NCBI GenBank assembly: GCA_045606425.1
Contig: JAZURV010000011.1
Location: 3,496 to 67,495 of the forward strand
Reading direction: 5' to 3'
Length of the DNA stretch: 64,000 nucleotides
Source of the DNA: Candidatus Enterousia sp.
Lineage (GTDB): Bacteria; Pseudomonadota; Alphaproteobacteria; Rs-D84
The notes below the pieces were generated by a model. It was not told the origin of the DNA, did not search any database, and was given only the letters and a program-made list of their open reading frames with translations. How positions within the stretch are numbered: position 1 is the first letter of the stretch; every line of letters starts with the position of its first letter. Positions 19,385-27,149 of the stretch are shown here, piece by piece. The translations under genes and the position numbers were made by a program.

Positions 19385-20464
19385 TTATCTGAAAAGCGTC
19401 ACTGTGTTTTCGCGCAGTTTTTGCAGTACATAATTATCGCCGGCGCAAAGAAAACATTTTTCATCACATTTTGTGTACGGGCATTCTGCGCAACGCGTTG
19501 GGGGAAAATATTCTGCGTATTCTGAATCTGGCACTTTGTTGCATTCTTTTGAAAATATATGTAACCAATGGTTGTATATCGTTGCGTATTCTGGGTGTTT
19601 CGCCAATTCTGACAACAATACAGAAAACCTTTGCACATTTGCCAGACTGTATCTTTTGTTCGATATTTCATAATTCGTTGCATTTGATAAACTGTTTTCG
19701 TGCCGATGGTATAAATAATCAGCATTTGGAACTGACACGATTCTTTCTGCATATAAACACGCCAGCATACAAAATAAAATATCTTCGTCCAATTGCATGC
19801 CAGGTATAAATCGCAGGTTGTTTTTATCTAAAAATGATTTTGAATAAATCGCAAAGTTCGCGCTTTCGCGAACATCTGCCTGGTTTAATATAACCGATTT
19901 ATCTGCCGGTGTCGCATTAAACACATGTTCTGATGTGTAAATGTGTCGTTTTATATATTTTTCAATATTATTCACTGTGATTTTTCCACCCAGTGCAATA
20001 TCTGCATTTTGACGCTTGGCACAGGTCAGCAAATTTACAAAAAATTTATCATCAAAAAAGTGTTCTTTTATCGGTTGCGTAAGCGATGATTTGCAAATGC
20101 TTAAATTGCCGATTTGACTGTTGTGTACAATTTTGTCGAAATATGGTAAATACGCACTGTATTTTGCGCCAATCGTATCGTCTGCGTCTATGAATGTCAC
20201 ATATTTGCCGCACGCAATATCTGTCCCACGATTGCGGGCCGCGGATACGCCGGCATTTTTCTGGTTGACCAATGTGATGTTTGGGTGTTTTGTTGCGTAT
20301 TCACCAACAATTTGGGCTGTGTTGTCTGTTGACCCGTCGTTTATAACGATAATTTGGAATTTGTCTGCGTCGCGTTGTTTTAAAACACTGTCGATACAGG
20401 CGTCGATACAGTTTGCACCATTAAATACCGGTATAATAATACTTAAATCACAATTATTATTCAT
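19385..20464 (-). CDS. family 2 glycosyltransferase
   Basis: LSIIIPVFNGANCI...VINDGSTDNT...FIDADD motifs. Confidence 0.85.
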   Translation of the reverse strand: MNNNCDLSIIIPVFNGANCIDACIDSVLKQRDADKFQIIVINDGSTDNTAQIVGEYATKHPNITLVNQKNAGVSAARNRGTDIACGKYVTFIDADDTIGAKYSAYLPYFDKIVHNSQIGNLSICKSSLTQPIKEHFFDDKFFVNLLTCAKRQNADIALGGKITVNNIEKYIKRHIYTSEHVFNATPADKSVILNQADVRESANFAIYSKSFLDKNNLRFIPGMQLDEDILFCMLACLYAERIVSVPNADYLYHRHENSLSNATNYEISNKRYSLANVQRFSVLLSELAKHPEYATIYNHWLHIFSKECNKVPDSEYAEYFPPTRCAECPYTKCDEKCFLCAGDNYVLQKLRENTVTLFR

Positions 20465-20518
20465 ACTATATATAATATGACGATATTGTGATTTGTCAAG
20501 AGTTTCTGCTTACGATAA

Positions 20519-21412
20519 TTATTCTTTTATAATTTTTAATACTGGGATTTTTCCAAACACATAGACTTTGTAATATCTAGAATCTTTGGATAAAACGCGT
20601 ATCAGGCGCAACCCGAACAGCCGCAGTTCGTATATGGTGCGATAATTGTCGCGTGCCAAAACCATGCCGTGGCGTTGCATGTGTGCCCGAATTTTATCCA
20701 ATAATATGTCATCGTCCATGTGTGGTGCCAGAAATCCGAAATTGCATATCAGTGGCGCGGCAGTCTTTTTGATAAATGGCACACCCATAATCAAACTGTG
20801 CCGCGGGTTAGAATATAAATCGTTGTTATTGGCGTCCAATACGACCTGCATTTTGAATCCGTGTCGCATAATCATGGCGGTCAGTCCAACTTCGTATTTC
20901 AAAACCAGGTGCATTTTATTTGGAATGTGTTTTATGCCGCGCATAAATTTATCGAAAAATTCTGAACCGAAAATTGCACGATTAAAACCGACAAACCAAC
21001 TTTGCACATGTAAAGGTGTATATGTGTCGCGATTGGCAGCCATACCAATTAAATCAGCGCCTGAATTTTCCAGCCTTGCAACGACGGGTTGCAAATCATT
21101 TAATGGCCCATACACAGAATCGTTTACCAAATAAACCCAATCGTATTTTGTCATATCCAAATGTTCCTTTGCCCATAAATACGCGCGCTTGTACGAACCG
21201 AAATCATATTCGTGATGACGCGTTGCGCCGGCATAAAGAACATTTTTAATTTGTGAAATTTTCTGCAATTCATTCGCCGGTAAATCGTTATCTGCGAAAA
21301 ATACGATGTCGCCAATTTTTGATAACGCATTCAGATAATAAATAACAGTATCATCAACAATATTGTCTTTGTCATAACCTGCAAACAAGAATAAACGTTT
21401 GTTTTTTTTCAT
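20519..21412 (-). CDS. rhamnan-synthesis protein F (RgpF)-like glycosyltransferase
   Basis: Pattern FAGYDKDNIVDDTVIYYL...YDFGSYK...LVNDSVYGP resembles the RgpF family. Adjacent to a GT2 gene. Confidence 0.55.
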   Translation of the reverse strand: MKKNKRLFLFAGYDKDNIVDDTVIYYLNALSKIGDIVFFADNDLPANELQKISQIKNVLYAGATRHHEYDFGSYKRAYLWAKEHLDMTKYDWVYLVNDSVYGPLNDLQPVVARLENSGADLIGMAANRDTYTPLHVQSWFVGFNRAIFGSEFFDKFMRGIKHIPNKMHLVLKYEVGLTAMIMRHGFKMQVVLDANNNDLYSNPRHSLIMGVPFIKKTAAPLICNFGFLAPHMDDDILLDKIRAHMQRHGMVLARDNYRTIYELRLFGLRLIRVLSKDSRYYKVYVFGKIPVLKIIKE

Positions 21413-21491
21413 GGTGAGTGTCCTTGGTTTGGGAATGTATACCGTTAGCCTAGCCTAAAAATATACCAAAGACAAGTTATATTTAATTTTC

Positions 21492-21566
21492 TGGCAGCCC
21501 CAACGGGAATCGAACCCGTGTTGCCGGAATGAGAATCCGATGTCCTGACCGCTAGACGATGGGGCC
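21492..21566 (-). tRNA. tRNA-Glu (anticodon CUC)
   Basis: Hand-folded cloverleaf: acceptor GGCCCCA/TGGGGCT, D-arm GTCT-AGCGGTCA-GGAC, anticodon arm TCGGA-TTCTCAT-TCCGG, T-arm ACGGG-TTCGATT-CCCGT, encoded CCA. Confidence 0.85.
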
Positions 21567-21674
21567 ACGCACGGATTCATTTTACATGTATTAAAAAATT
21601 TTTCAATCATTTTTCCCCTTGTCAGATTTCTTGGCGCTGTGTAAAATATAGATGTCTGCAAAAAAGGATACATC

Positions 21675-22226
21675 ATGAATATATACGATATAAATGTTAT
21701 AGGCGCAGATGGTAATTCTGTTTCGTTGAATAAATACAAAGGCAAAGTTCTGTTGATTGTGAATACTGCAACAGAATGTGGATTTACCCCACAATACGAA
21801 CCGTTGATGAATATGTATAACAAATACAAGAATCATGGTTTTGAAATACTTGATTTTCCGTGCAACCAATTTGGGCACCAGGCCCCAGGCACTGCGGACG
21901 AAATATCAACGTTCTGTACCATGCATTTTGGTGTGACTTTCCCCCAATTTGCCAAGACTGATGTCAATGGCGAAAATGCATCGGAATTATTCAAATATTT
22001 AAAATCTGTCGCACCATTTAACGGTTTTGATATGTCGCAACCAATGTCCAAAGAAATAGATGAAATGATGCGAAAGTTTGATAAAGATTATGATAAAAAC
22101 CCAGATATAAAATGGAATTTTACAAAATTTTTGGTTGATAAAAATGGTGATATTGTTGCGCGTTTTGAACCAACCGATGATATGAACAAGATTGATATGG
22201 AAATATCAAAATTGTTGAATGAATAA
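21675..22226 (+). CDS. gpx: glutathione peroxidase (Cys type)
   Basis: LIVNTATECGFTPQY and FPCNQFGHQAPG motifs. Confidence 0.9.
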   Translation: MNIYDINVIGADGNSVSLNKYKGKVLLIVNTATECGFTPQYEPLMNMYNKYKNHGFEILDFPCNQFGHQAPGTADEISTFCTMHFGVTFPQFAKTDVNGENASELFKYLKSVAPFNGFDMSQPMSKEIDEMMRKFDKDYDKNPDIKWNFTKFLVDKNGDIVARFEPTDDMNKIDMEISKLLNE

Positions 22227-22234
22227 ACATTAAA

Positions 22235-22262
22235 AAACCGGCAAAATGCCGGTTGAATTTTT
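22235..22262 (+). repeat. 28-bp exact direct repeat, copy 1 (also the gpx terminator hairpin)
   Basis: aaaccggcaaaatgccggttgaattttt is identical to 25912-25939. It contains an AACCGGC-aaaa-GCCGGTT hairpin plus a T run. Confidence 0.9.
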
Positions 22263-22607
22263 AACAGTTCTATATATTAAGGGGGCGGATTTTTTACCCG
22301 TCGCCGAAACAAAAAAACAAGCGCAAAAGGCGAAAAAAGCGCTAAAAACAGCGGTTTTTAAGCAAAAAACACCATTTTTTACAAAAAAAGTTCGTCGGTG
22401 GGGGGGTGTTAAACCAGTATAAACTATTTAAATCATATAGTTTATTCGTTTTTTACGCTGAAATGGTAAAACTTATACACGCCAAAGTAGGAACATATCA
22501 TAAAACAAACACACGCAAGCCAAATTTGACTTCAGAACAACCTAAATCATTTTTTCTAAGTGAAGTGTATACAAAAAAAATTGGTTTATATGGCGAATAA
22601 AAACAGT

Positions 22608-22877
22608 TTGTAAAAAATGTCTGTTTGTGATATAATACCTTTGAATCCAAGGGATTGGGTTCGGGGGCATGCTAAAGCCCACTGCATTCGGTGCGAAAGC
22701 ATCGTAATCTGATGTTATCGGTGTTTTTTGCACCGTTGTCATCCCTGACGTATGGTCGGGGGTTCGTTGGTTATAAAACAGGGATAACCCGAAAACCACG
22801 AAATCAGTAATGCAGTGATTTAGCAACTTCCCGACCGCTCTTTCTTGGGCGGTTTAATTTTTATTTAGGAGAGACAA
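22608..22877 (+). promoter_or_regulatory. promoter plus about 235-nt structured 5' leader with antiterminator/terminator (leader L2; homologue of 60047-60285)
   Basis: Promoter TTGTAA-17-TGaTATAAT. Stems: P1 GAAUCCAA-GGGA-UUGGGUUC (22643-22662), P2 GGGC/GCCC, P3 AUU-CGGUGC-GAAA-GCAUCG-u-AAU, P4 CGGUG/CACCG. GGUCGGG (22754-22760) is complementary to CCCGACC (22830-22836), which overlaps terminator ACCGC/GCGGU plus a U-rich tail (to 22863). Confidence 0.55.
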
Positions 22878-23828
22878 GTGAGAAAAATATTGTGCTTTTT
22901 ATGTTGTTTTGTATCGGTGGCATCTTATGGTGCAACAGACGATTTAATTGTTGAGGCACAAGATACTTTTAACGCCACCCAATTGGTTTGTTCTGGGATA
23001 TCGGATGAAATATCCCAAGTGTCTAATGTGTCAAAAATAAATACCGCAGTTACTGCTGTTGGAACAGTTGCTGCCACAGGTGCATTGTATGCTGGTATAC
23101 AAAAATCACAAGAAGAAAAAGAAATAGACGAATTAGTTGACCAAATATGTGCGGCAGGTGGTTGTACGCCAGAAGGCGTGGAATCGATGTCCGATGAAGA
23201 TTTTTTTAATAATGTTATGCAACCCATGGCGCAAATTGCTGAATTAAAAGAACACTTAAAGAAATCAAAAAATTTAGGTAATTGGCGTACAGGTTTAATG
23301 GCTGGAACGATTGGTACCAATGTGGCATCGGCAATTTTATCTGGTGTTAACAGAGACCAATCTGATTTAGTTCAGCATATTCAGGCATGTAATGAAGCAA
23401 TGAAAGCCGTTAATTCTATGTCTGACAAATTAAGACGACAGGGTATAAGCCCGTTGGAATATCCAGTTGTAAACAGATTGGACGGCATTAAAACATGGTG
23501 CAACAGCATAAATGTTTCAGATGTAGAAAAAATAGAAAAACGAATGACTGGCGTTATGGGGACTTCTATTGCTGGTGCAGTTATCGGTGTTGCAGGAACG
23601 GCAACCAGTGCGGCTGCAAATTCTGATAAATACATGGATGAACAAAACCGCATGAAATTGACCGAACAAGAAAGGAAAAAGAAAGATAATTTGAATACAA
23701 CTGCAAATATAATGGCTGGTGCAAATATCGTAACTGGTGTTGTCGAAACAGGGTTAAACATATCACTGATAAATTTGACTAAAAAATTGATAAAACAAGC
23801 CGAGCTATGTGAGGAGGTTTTTAAATGA
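22878..23828 (+). CDS. secreted hypothetical protein with Gly/Ala/Thr-rich zipper segments (paralogue of 2775-3680)
   Basis: GTG start after an AGGAGAG RBS; signal peptide. Motif blocks are shared with ORF 2775-3680. ATGA overlap with the next gene. Confidence 0.65.
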   Translation: MRKILCFLCCFVSVASYGATDDLIVEAQDTFNATQLVCSGISDEISQVSNVSKINTAVTAVGTVAATGALYAGIQKSQEEKEIDELVDQICAAGGCTPEGVESMSDEDFFNNVMQPMAQIAELKEHLKKSKNLGNWRTGLMAGTIGTNVASAILSGVNRDQSDLVQHIQACNEAMKAVNSMSDKLRRQGISPLEYPVVNRLDGIKTWCNSINVSDVEKIEKRMTGVMGTSIAGAVIGVAGTATSAAANSDKYMDEQNRMKLTEQERKKKDNLNTTANIMAGANIVTGVVETGLNISLINLTKKLIKQAELCEEVFK

Positions 23829-24763
23829 AAAAATACATAATAATGTCTTTGTTAATTTTTGTTCCGGCAATTGCTGTAGCAGGCGACCATTGTACAAATC
23901 CTGGTGAATATACAATAGATAAACGTTGCTATGTTACTGATGAACAAAAGTCGCAAAAGCCGTACAATGCCGTGGTAAAAGTTGAGAATCCTAACAAATA
24001 TAAGTACAACTGCACAGGGGTAATCATAAAAGGTGAAGACAATACGCCTTATTTGGTAACGGCAAAACATTGTGCTCGCCCAGCTGACACCTCAAAAGAA
24101 TTTTTTCAGCCAGAGAAAGTTGTTATATTATTGCAAGACGGTTCCCTTTATCTTACGGCAGAACCTTATTCTTTTGGACGCACCAGTGCAGAAAACTATA
24201 ACAAGAGAGACGATTGGGTAGTTTTTAAATTTAAAGACGAGGATAAAGAAAAATTAAAAAACCTTGCACTTGAACCAAAAGGAATAGAAAAGGTAACTCC
24301 AGACACATATAATCTTAATGCGCGGTTCGTGGGATATAGTGCTTTAAAAATCATGAGTGATGAAGAGATAAAACGCTTAAAAAAAGAATATGCAGAATAT
24401 ATGTTTAAGAGACATAATGAGCGTGTAAAAGAAGATGAATGGGGTGGCATAGAAGTCGTTACGTATATATTAGACGGAAATTGGCCAGAACTTACAAGGG
24501 ATGACGACTATAAGTTGAAAGTGTCTGATTGTATATATAAAGCTGGACGTTATGGTAGTGGTTGTCAAGGATGGGTGGGTAGTTATGGTGGACCTATTCT
24601 TGATGCAGACGGTAATGTGCTGGGAATTGTGACGCGCACTGACAAATATCGTATCGGTGGTTTTAAGCATGCAGAAGTAGGCAATAATGTAAATGTTGGT
24701 TTTGAGGAAGGTACCATTAGAATAAATAAGACAGGTTTACCGTCAACAGATGAAACGAAATAA
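23825..24763 (+). CDS. secreted trypsin-fold protein, possibly catalytically inactive (Ser position reads Tyr)
   Basis: GAGGAGG RBS and signal peptide. His motif LVTAKHC and Asp motif DDWVVFKF are present. The GDSGGP position reads GSYGGP (Tyr codon 24584-24586). Confidence 0.65.
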   Translation: MKKYIIMSLLIFVPAIAVAGDHCTNPGEYTIDKRCYVTDEQKSQKPYNAVVKVENPNKYKYNCTGVIIKGEDNTPYLVTAKHCARPADTSKEFFQPEKVVILLQDGSLYLTAEPYSFGRTSAENYNKRDDWVVFKFKDEDKEKLKNLALEPKGIEKVTPDTYNLNARFVGYSALKIMSDEEIKRLKKEYAEYMFKRHNERVKEDEWGGIEVVTYILDGNWPELTRDDDYKLKVSDCIYKAGRYGSGCQGWVGSYGGPILDADGNVLGIVTRTDKYRIGGFKHAEVGNNVNVGFEEGTIRINKTGLPSTDETK

Positions 24764-24788
24764 GGAGATAGTTTTATGAAGAAAAACA

Positions 24789-24836
24789 GTTTGTAAAATC
24801 TACTTGTTGTCGAACGATGTTTCAAATCAAACGGGC
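24789..24836 (+). repeat. 48-bp exact direct repeat, copy A
   Basis: gtttgtaaaatctacttgttgtcgaacgatgtttcaaatcaaacgggc is identical to 25846-25893. An overlapping 17-nt string, aaaaacagtttgtaaaa (24782-24798: 7 nt upstream plus the first 10 nt of this repeat), also occurs at 22599-22615. Confidence 0.9.
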
Positions 24837-24845
24837 GCGACAAAG

Positions 24846-24886
24846 CCAATATTCAAACGCACCACAAGGGTGCGTTTGAATATTGG
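24846..24886. repeat. 18-bp perfect inverted repeat (long hairpin) between convergent genes
   Basis: ccaatattcaaacgcacc - acaag - ggtgcgtttgaatattgg. There is no clear T run, so it may be a bidirectional terminator or a recombination/REP-like element. Confidence 0.8.
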
Positions 24887-24915
24887 TTGTGGTCAGTGGG
24901 CGGAACGCGAGTTGA

Positions 24916-25593
24916 TTATTCATATGTTTTTAATAAATCGTACCATATTTGTGGTGCACCAACTTCATCAAAATATGCTTTAATGAAATTGACAATTACT
25001 TTGTGTTTTTGTTCTGCATATTTACGACCTGGCACAGTTAAACACATATCACGCAAGTGCAACATTTTATTAAAGAAATGGGTGATACTTGGGTCGACTT
25101 CGCTATTTCTGTAAGTATCTGCATCTAATTTTTTTGGTAAACATTCAGGGTCAAAAAAAGGTTTCCCACTGCCTGTGCGATATTCAATAGCACGAACCAT
25201 TCCTATGGCCCCCGATGCATCGCACATATCGGCATCAGATACAATTTCGCCCTCTGTACCGTATGCTTGAATGCCCTTTAAGCGTTTGCTGTATCCAATC
25301 GTTTTTACGATATTTATAACATTTTCACAAAAACTGGTATCAAAGCCCGAACCGGATAATATACGTCTTGTATTTGTCATTAAACGTTCTGATTCTTCGC
25401 CGAATAATTTGTAATCATCGCAATCATGTAACAGAGCTGCCGCCGCAACTAAATCGCGATTAGCAGATGGAATATCATCACAAAACTTCATAGCAGTATT
25501 ATAAACACGAAATATATGTTTATCATCGTGCCCATTAGAATTATTTTTAAGTAATTCAAAAACAGATTTTTTTATATATTCAATACCGGTCAT
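24916..25593 (-). CDS. HD-domain phosphohydrolase
   Basis: The H...HD...D signature is present (GHDDKHIFRV..., AALLHDCDD). Start placed at the ATG at 25593, because the longer track ORF begins with TTG. Confidence 0.75.
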   Translation of the reverse strand: MTGIEYIKKSVFELLKNNSNGHDDKHIFRVYNTAMKFCDDIPSANRDLVAAAALLHDCDDYKLFGEESERLMTNTRRILSGSGFDTSFCENVINIVKTIGYSKRLKGIQAYGTEGEIVSDADMCDASGAIGMVRAIEYRTGSGKPFFDPECLPKKLDADTYRNSEVDPSITHFFNKMLHLRDMCLTVPGRKYAEQKHKVIVNFIKAYFDEVGAPQIWYDLLKTYE

Positions 25594-25845
25594 ATGCAAA
25601 CCCTTTTTATCATATTCTTTATCAAAAATATTAGATTTTTGCAATATGTTTGTAATTGGTTTAAAAGTGTCAGCAAAGATATGTTTTTTCTAAAAATTAC
25701 TTTCGAACTTGCCAAAGTCTTATATTTTTGCTCTCTGGAATGCGCACGAGACCTTGATAAACAATAATACAAATGTCGCGCACGGATTCCCTCGCTCGTG
25801 CTAAAGCACGGCTGCGGGTCAACCGTAACGATTTTACTGCACGTC

Positions 25846-25893
25846 GTTTGTAAAATCTACTTGTTGTCGAACGATGTTTCAAATCAAACGGGC
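25846..25893 (+). repeat. 48-bp exact direct repeat, copy B
   Basis: Identical to 24789-24836, 1057 bp away. Confidence 0.9.
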
Positions 25894-25911
25894 AATCCAA
25901 AAGCAAAAATT

Positions 25912-25939
25912 AAACCGGCAAAATGCCGGTTGAATTTTT
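25912..25939 (+). repeat. 28-bp exact direct repeat, copy 2 (terminator hairpin directly 3' of tRNA-Gln)
   Basis: Identical to 22235-22262, 3677 bp away. Confidence 0.9.
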
Positions 25940-26012
25940 GGTTGGAGCGCACGGATTCGAACCATGATAAAGAGAACCAAAATCTCTTGTCCTACCATTA
26001 GACGACGCTCCA
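25939..26012 (-). tRNA. tRNA-Gln (anticodon UUG)
   Basis: Hand-folded: acceptor TGGAGCG/CGCTCCA, anticodon arm AGAGA-TTTTGGT-TCTCT, T-arm CATGG-TTCGAAT-CCGTG, discriminator A, encoded CCA. Confidence 0.9.
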
Positions 26013-26070
26013 AGGACTGTGGTTATTATATATGTCTTTTGTTTTTTTTCAATAAAAAAATAAAATTGTA

Positions 26071-26529
26071 TTATTTTTGCAATTCTTTTCTGATTTCCAT
26101 CAAAATTTTACCAATACGATTTGTGCCACTGCCTTCGCCAAAGCCGCATTTATAACATACTGCACAAGATTTTATCAGTGTCGCATTGCCAGTGCTTTTT
26201 AACAATTCGGCGGCATAGGGATTCTGTGCAAATTTTGCACGTAATCCATTTTCCATGATATCAAATTTGTTCTTATCAAAATCAGGTCTGCGGTTTATTT
26301 TGTATTCTGCTGTTTTTGTTAACAATCGTGCGTCGTCTGGATTAGACAGCCCCAAAATCACATTAAAACGGGGGTCTTGTGCGAAAAACTTCATTGCTTG
26401 GTAATAATGTTCAACCGAAGGAAAAACATAATCTTTGCCATCAACAGACATTTTTATTGGAAATTTGGCCAACGGACTTAAAAACCAATATTTTCCATCG
26501 GGTGTACAAAATCTAATTTCTTGTGGCAT
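26071..26529 (-). CDS. NADAR (YbiA/DUF1768) family protein
   Basis: Start at the ATG at 26529 (MPQEIRF...). Typical blocks are FLSPLAKFP, FPSVEHYYQAMKF and TNRIGKILMEIR. Confidence 0.75.
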   Translation of the reverse strand: MPQEIRFCTPDGKYWFLSPLAKFPIKMSVDGKDYVFPSVEHYYQAMKFFAQDPRFNVILGLSNPDDARLLTKTAEYKINRRPDFDKNKFDIMENGLRAKFAQNPYAAELLKSTGNATLIKSCAVCYKCGFGEGSGTNRIGKILMEIRKELQK

Positions 26530-26619
26530 ATTTGACCTTTTTATTCTGTTTGATGATAGTGCAGGGTATCGGTTTTTGCAAGTTTTTTTAAAATTATTAA
26601 ATTTTTTAATATTTTGCAC

Positions 26620-26647
26620 TTGACTTTATTCACAATACACATATAAT
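26620..26647 (+). promoter_or_regulatory. sigma70-like promoter of the marR-efflux operon
   Basis: TTGACT, a 16-nt spacer, then TATAAT, about 50 nt upstream of the marR ATG. Confidence 0.5.
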
Positions 26648-26699
26648 CGTTAAAGTTTTTAATAATCTAGGATTTTTATCCATTAAAAAAGGCTTTATC

Positions 26700-27149
26700 A
26701 TGACACATAACGAAGTGACACAACTGATGGCGGAAAATATGCGAATTATAAGTCGCCTTTCCAGTCGTTTGCAGCCGATATTCGAAGAAACATCACGCGC
26801 ATCGCGTCAGCAGACTTCTGTTTTAGTGCGCCTTTACCTGGCGGGGCGTATCAAGTTGAAAGATTTTGCCGCCCGCGAAGCAATTTCAACTGCGAATTTG
26901 TGCAGTGTTTTTCGAAAATTAGAATCTGAAAAATTGGTTGTTCGTTCGGTTGATGAAAACGACCATCGTGATACCTGGTACGAAGTGACGAAATCAGGAA
27001 AAATTATGGCTGAAAAAATGTTGGATAAATTTTTGACGGCACTGGAATCTTTGTGCAAGGTTTTGCCAGAATCAGAAGAAGATAAATTGGCAGAAACAGT
27101 GAAAACTGTGAATGTCATATTGAAAAAAGTGGAGGCATTAAATGCGTAA
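26700..27149 (+). CDS. MarR-family transcriptional regulator
   Basis: 149 aa with a winged-helix block (...ISTANLCSVFRKLESEKLVVRSVDENDHRDTWYEVT). Overlaps the next gene by 8 nt. Confidence 0.8.
   Translation: MTHNEVTQLMAENMRIISRLSSRLQPIFEETSRASRQQTSVLVRLYLAGRIKLKDFAAREAISTANLCSVFRKLESEKLVVRSVDENDHRDTWYEVTKSGKIMAEKMLDKFLTALESLCKVLPESEEDKLAETVKTVNVILKKVEALNA

Noticed and set aside
22264-22600. An AT-rich non-coding stretch with a G7 run (22400-22406) and the 64-aa ORF 22406-22600.
   Set aside because: The ORF has no RBS and looks random. The G7 tract lies about 200 nt upstream of the L2 promoter with no obvious target, so I do not call it phase-variable.
22542-22826. A 94-aa minus-strand ORF, and a 12-aa mini-ORF (22669-22707), inside leader L2.
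   Set aside because: Neither has an RBS, and neither is conserved in the homologous leader L3. The conservation pattern is base-pairing, not codons.
22830-22863. A GGCGGT in the L2 and L3 terminator arms resembles the start of the RfaH ops element (GGCGGTAG).
   Set aside because: Only 6 nt match, and the sequence is fully explained as the 3' arm of the terminator hairpin.
22643-22863. The idea that L2 and L3 are c-di-GMP (GEMM) riboswitches, because they precede adhesin or secreted-protein genes and contain GNRA loops.
   Set aside because: I could not align them to the GEMM-I or GEMM-II consensus cores from memory. It is kept only as a ligand hypothesis to test.
25781-25792. A 12-nt match to the tRNA-Gln T-arm/acceptor region as an att-site remnant.
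   Set aside because: It is too short to be conclusive on its own, so it is mentioned only as supporting detail.
24789-25893. An integron-like reading of the 48-bp repeats as attC sites.
   Set aside because: There is no integrase gene in the window. The repeats are exact direct copies without the canonical RYYYAAC...GTTRRRY cores.
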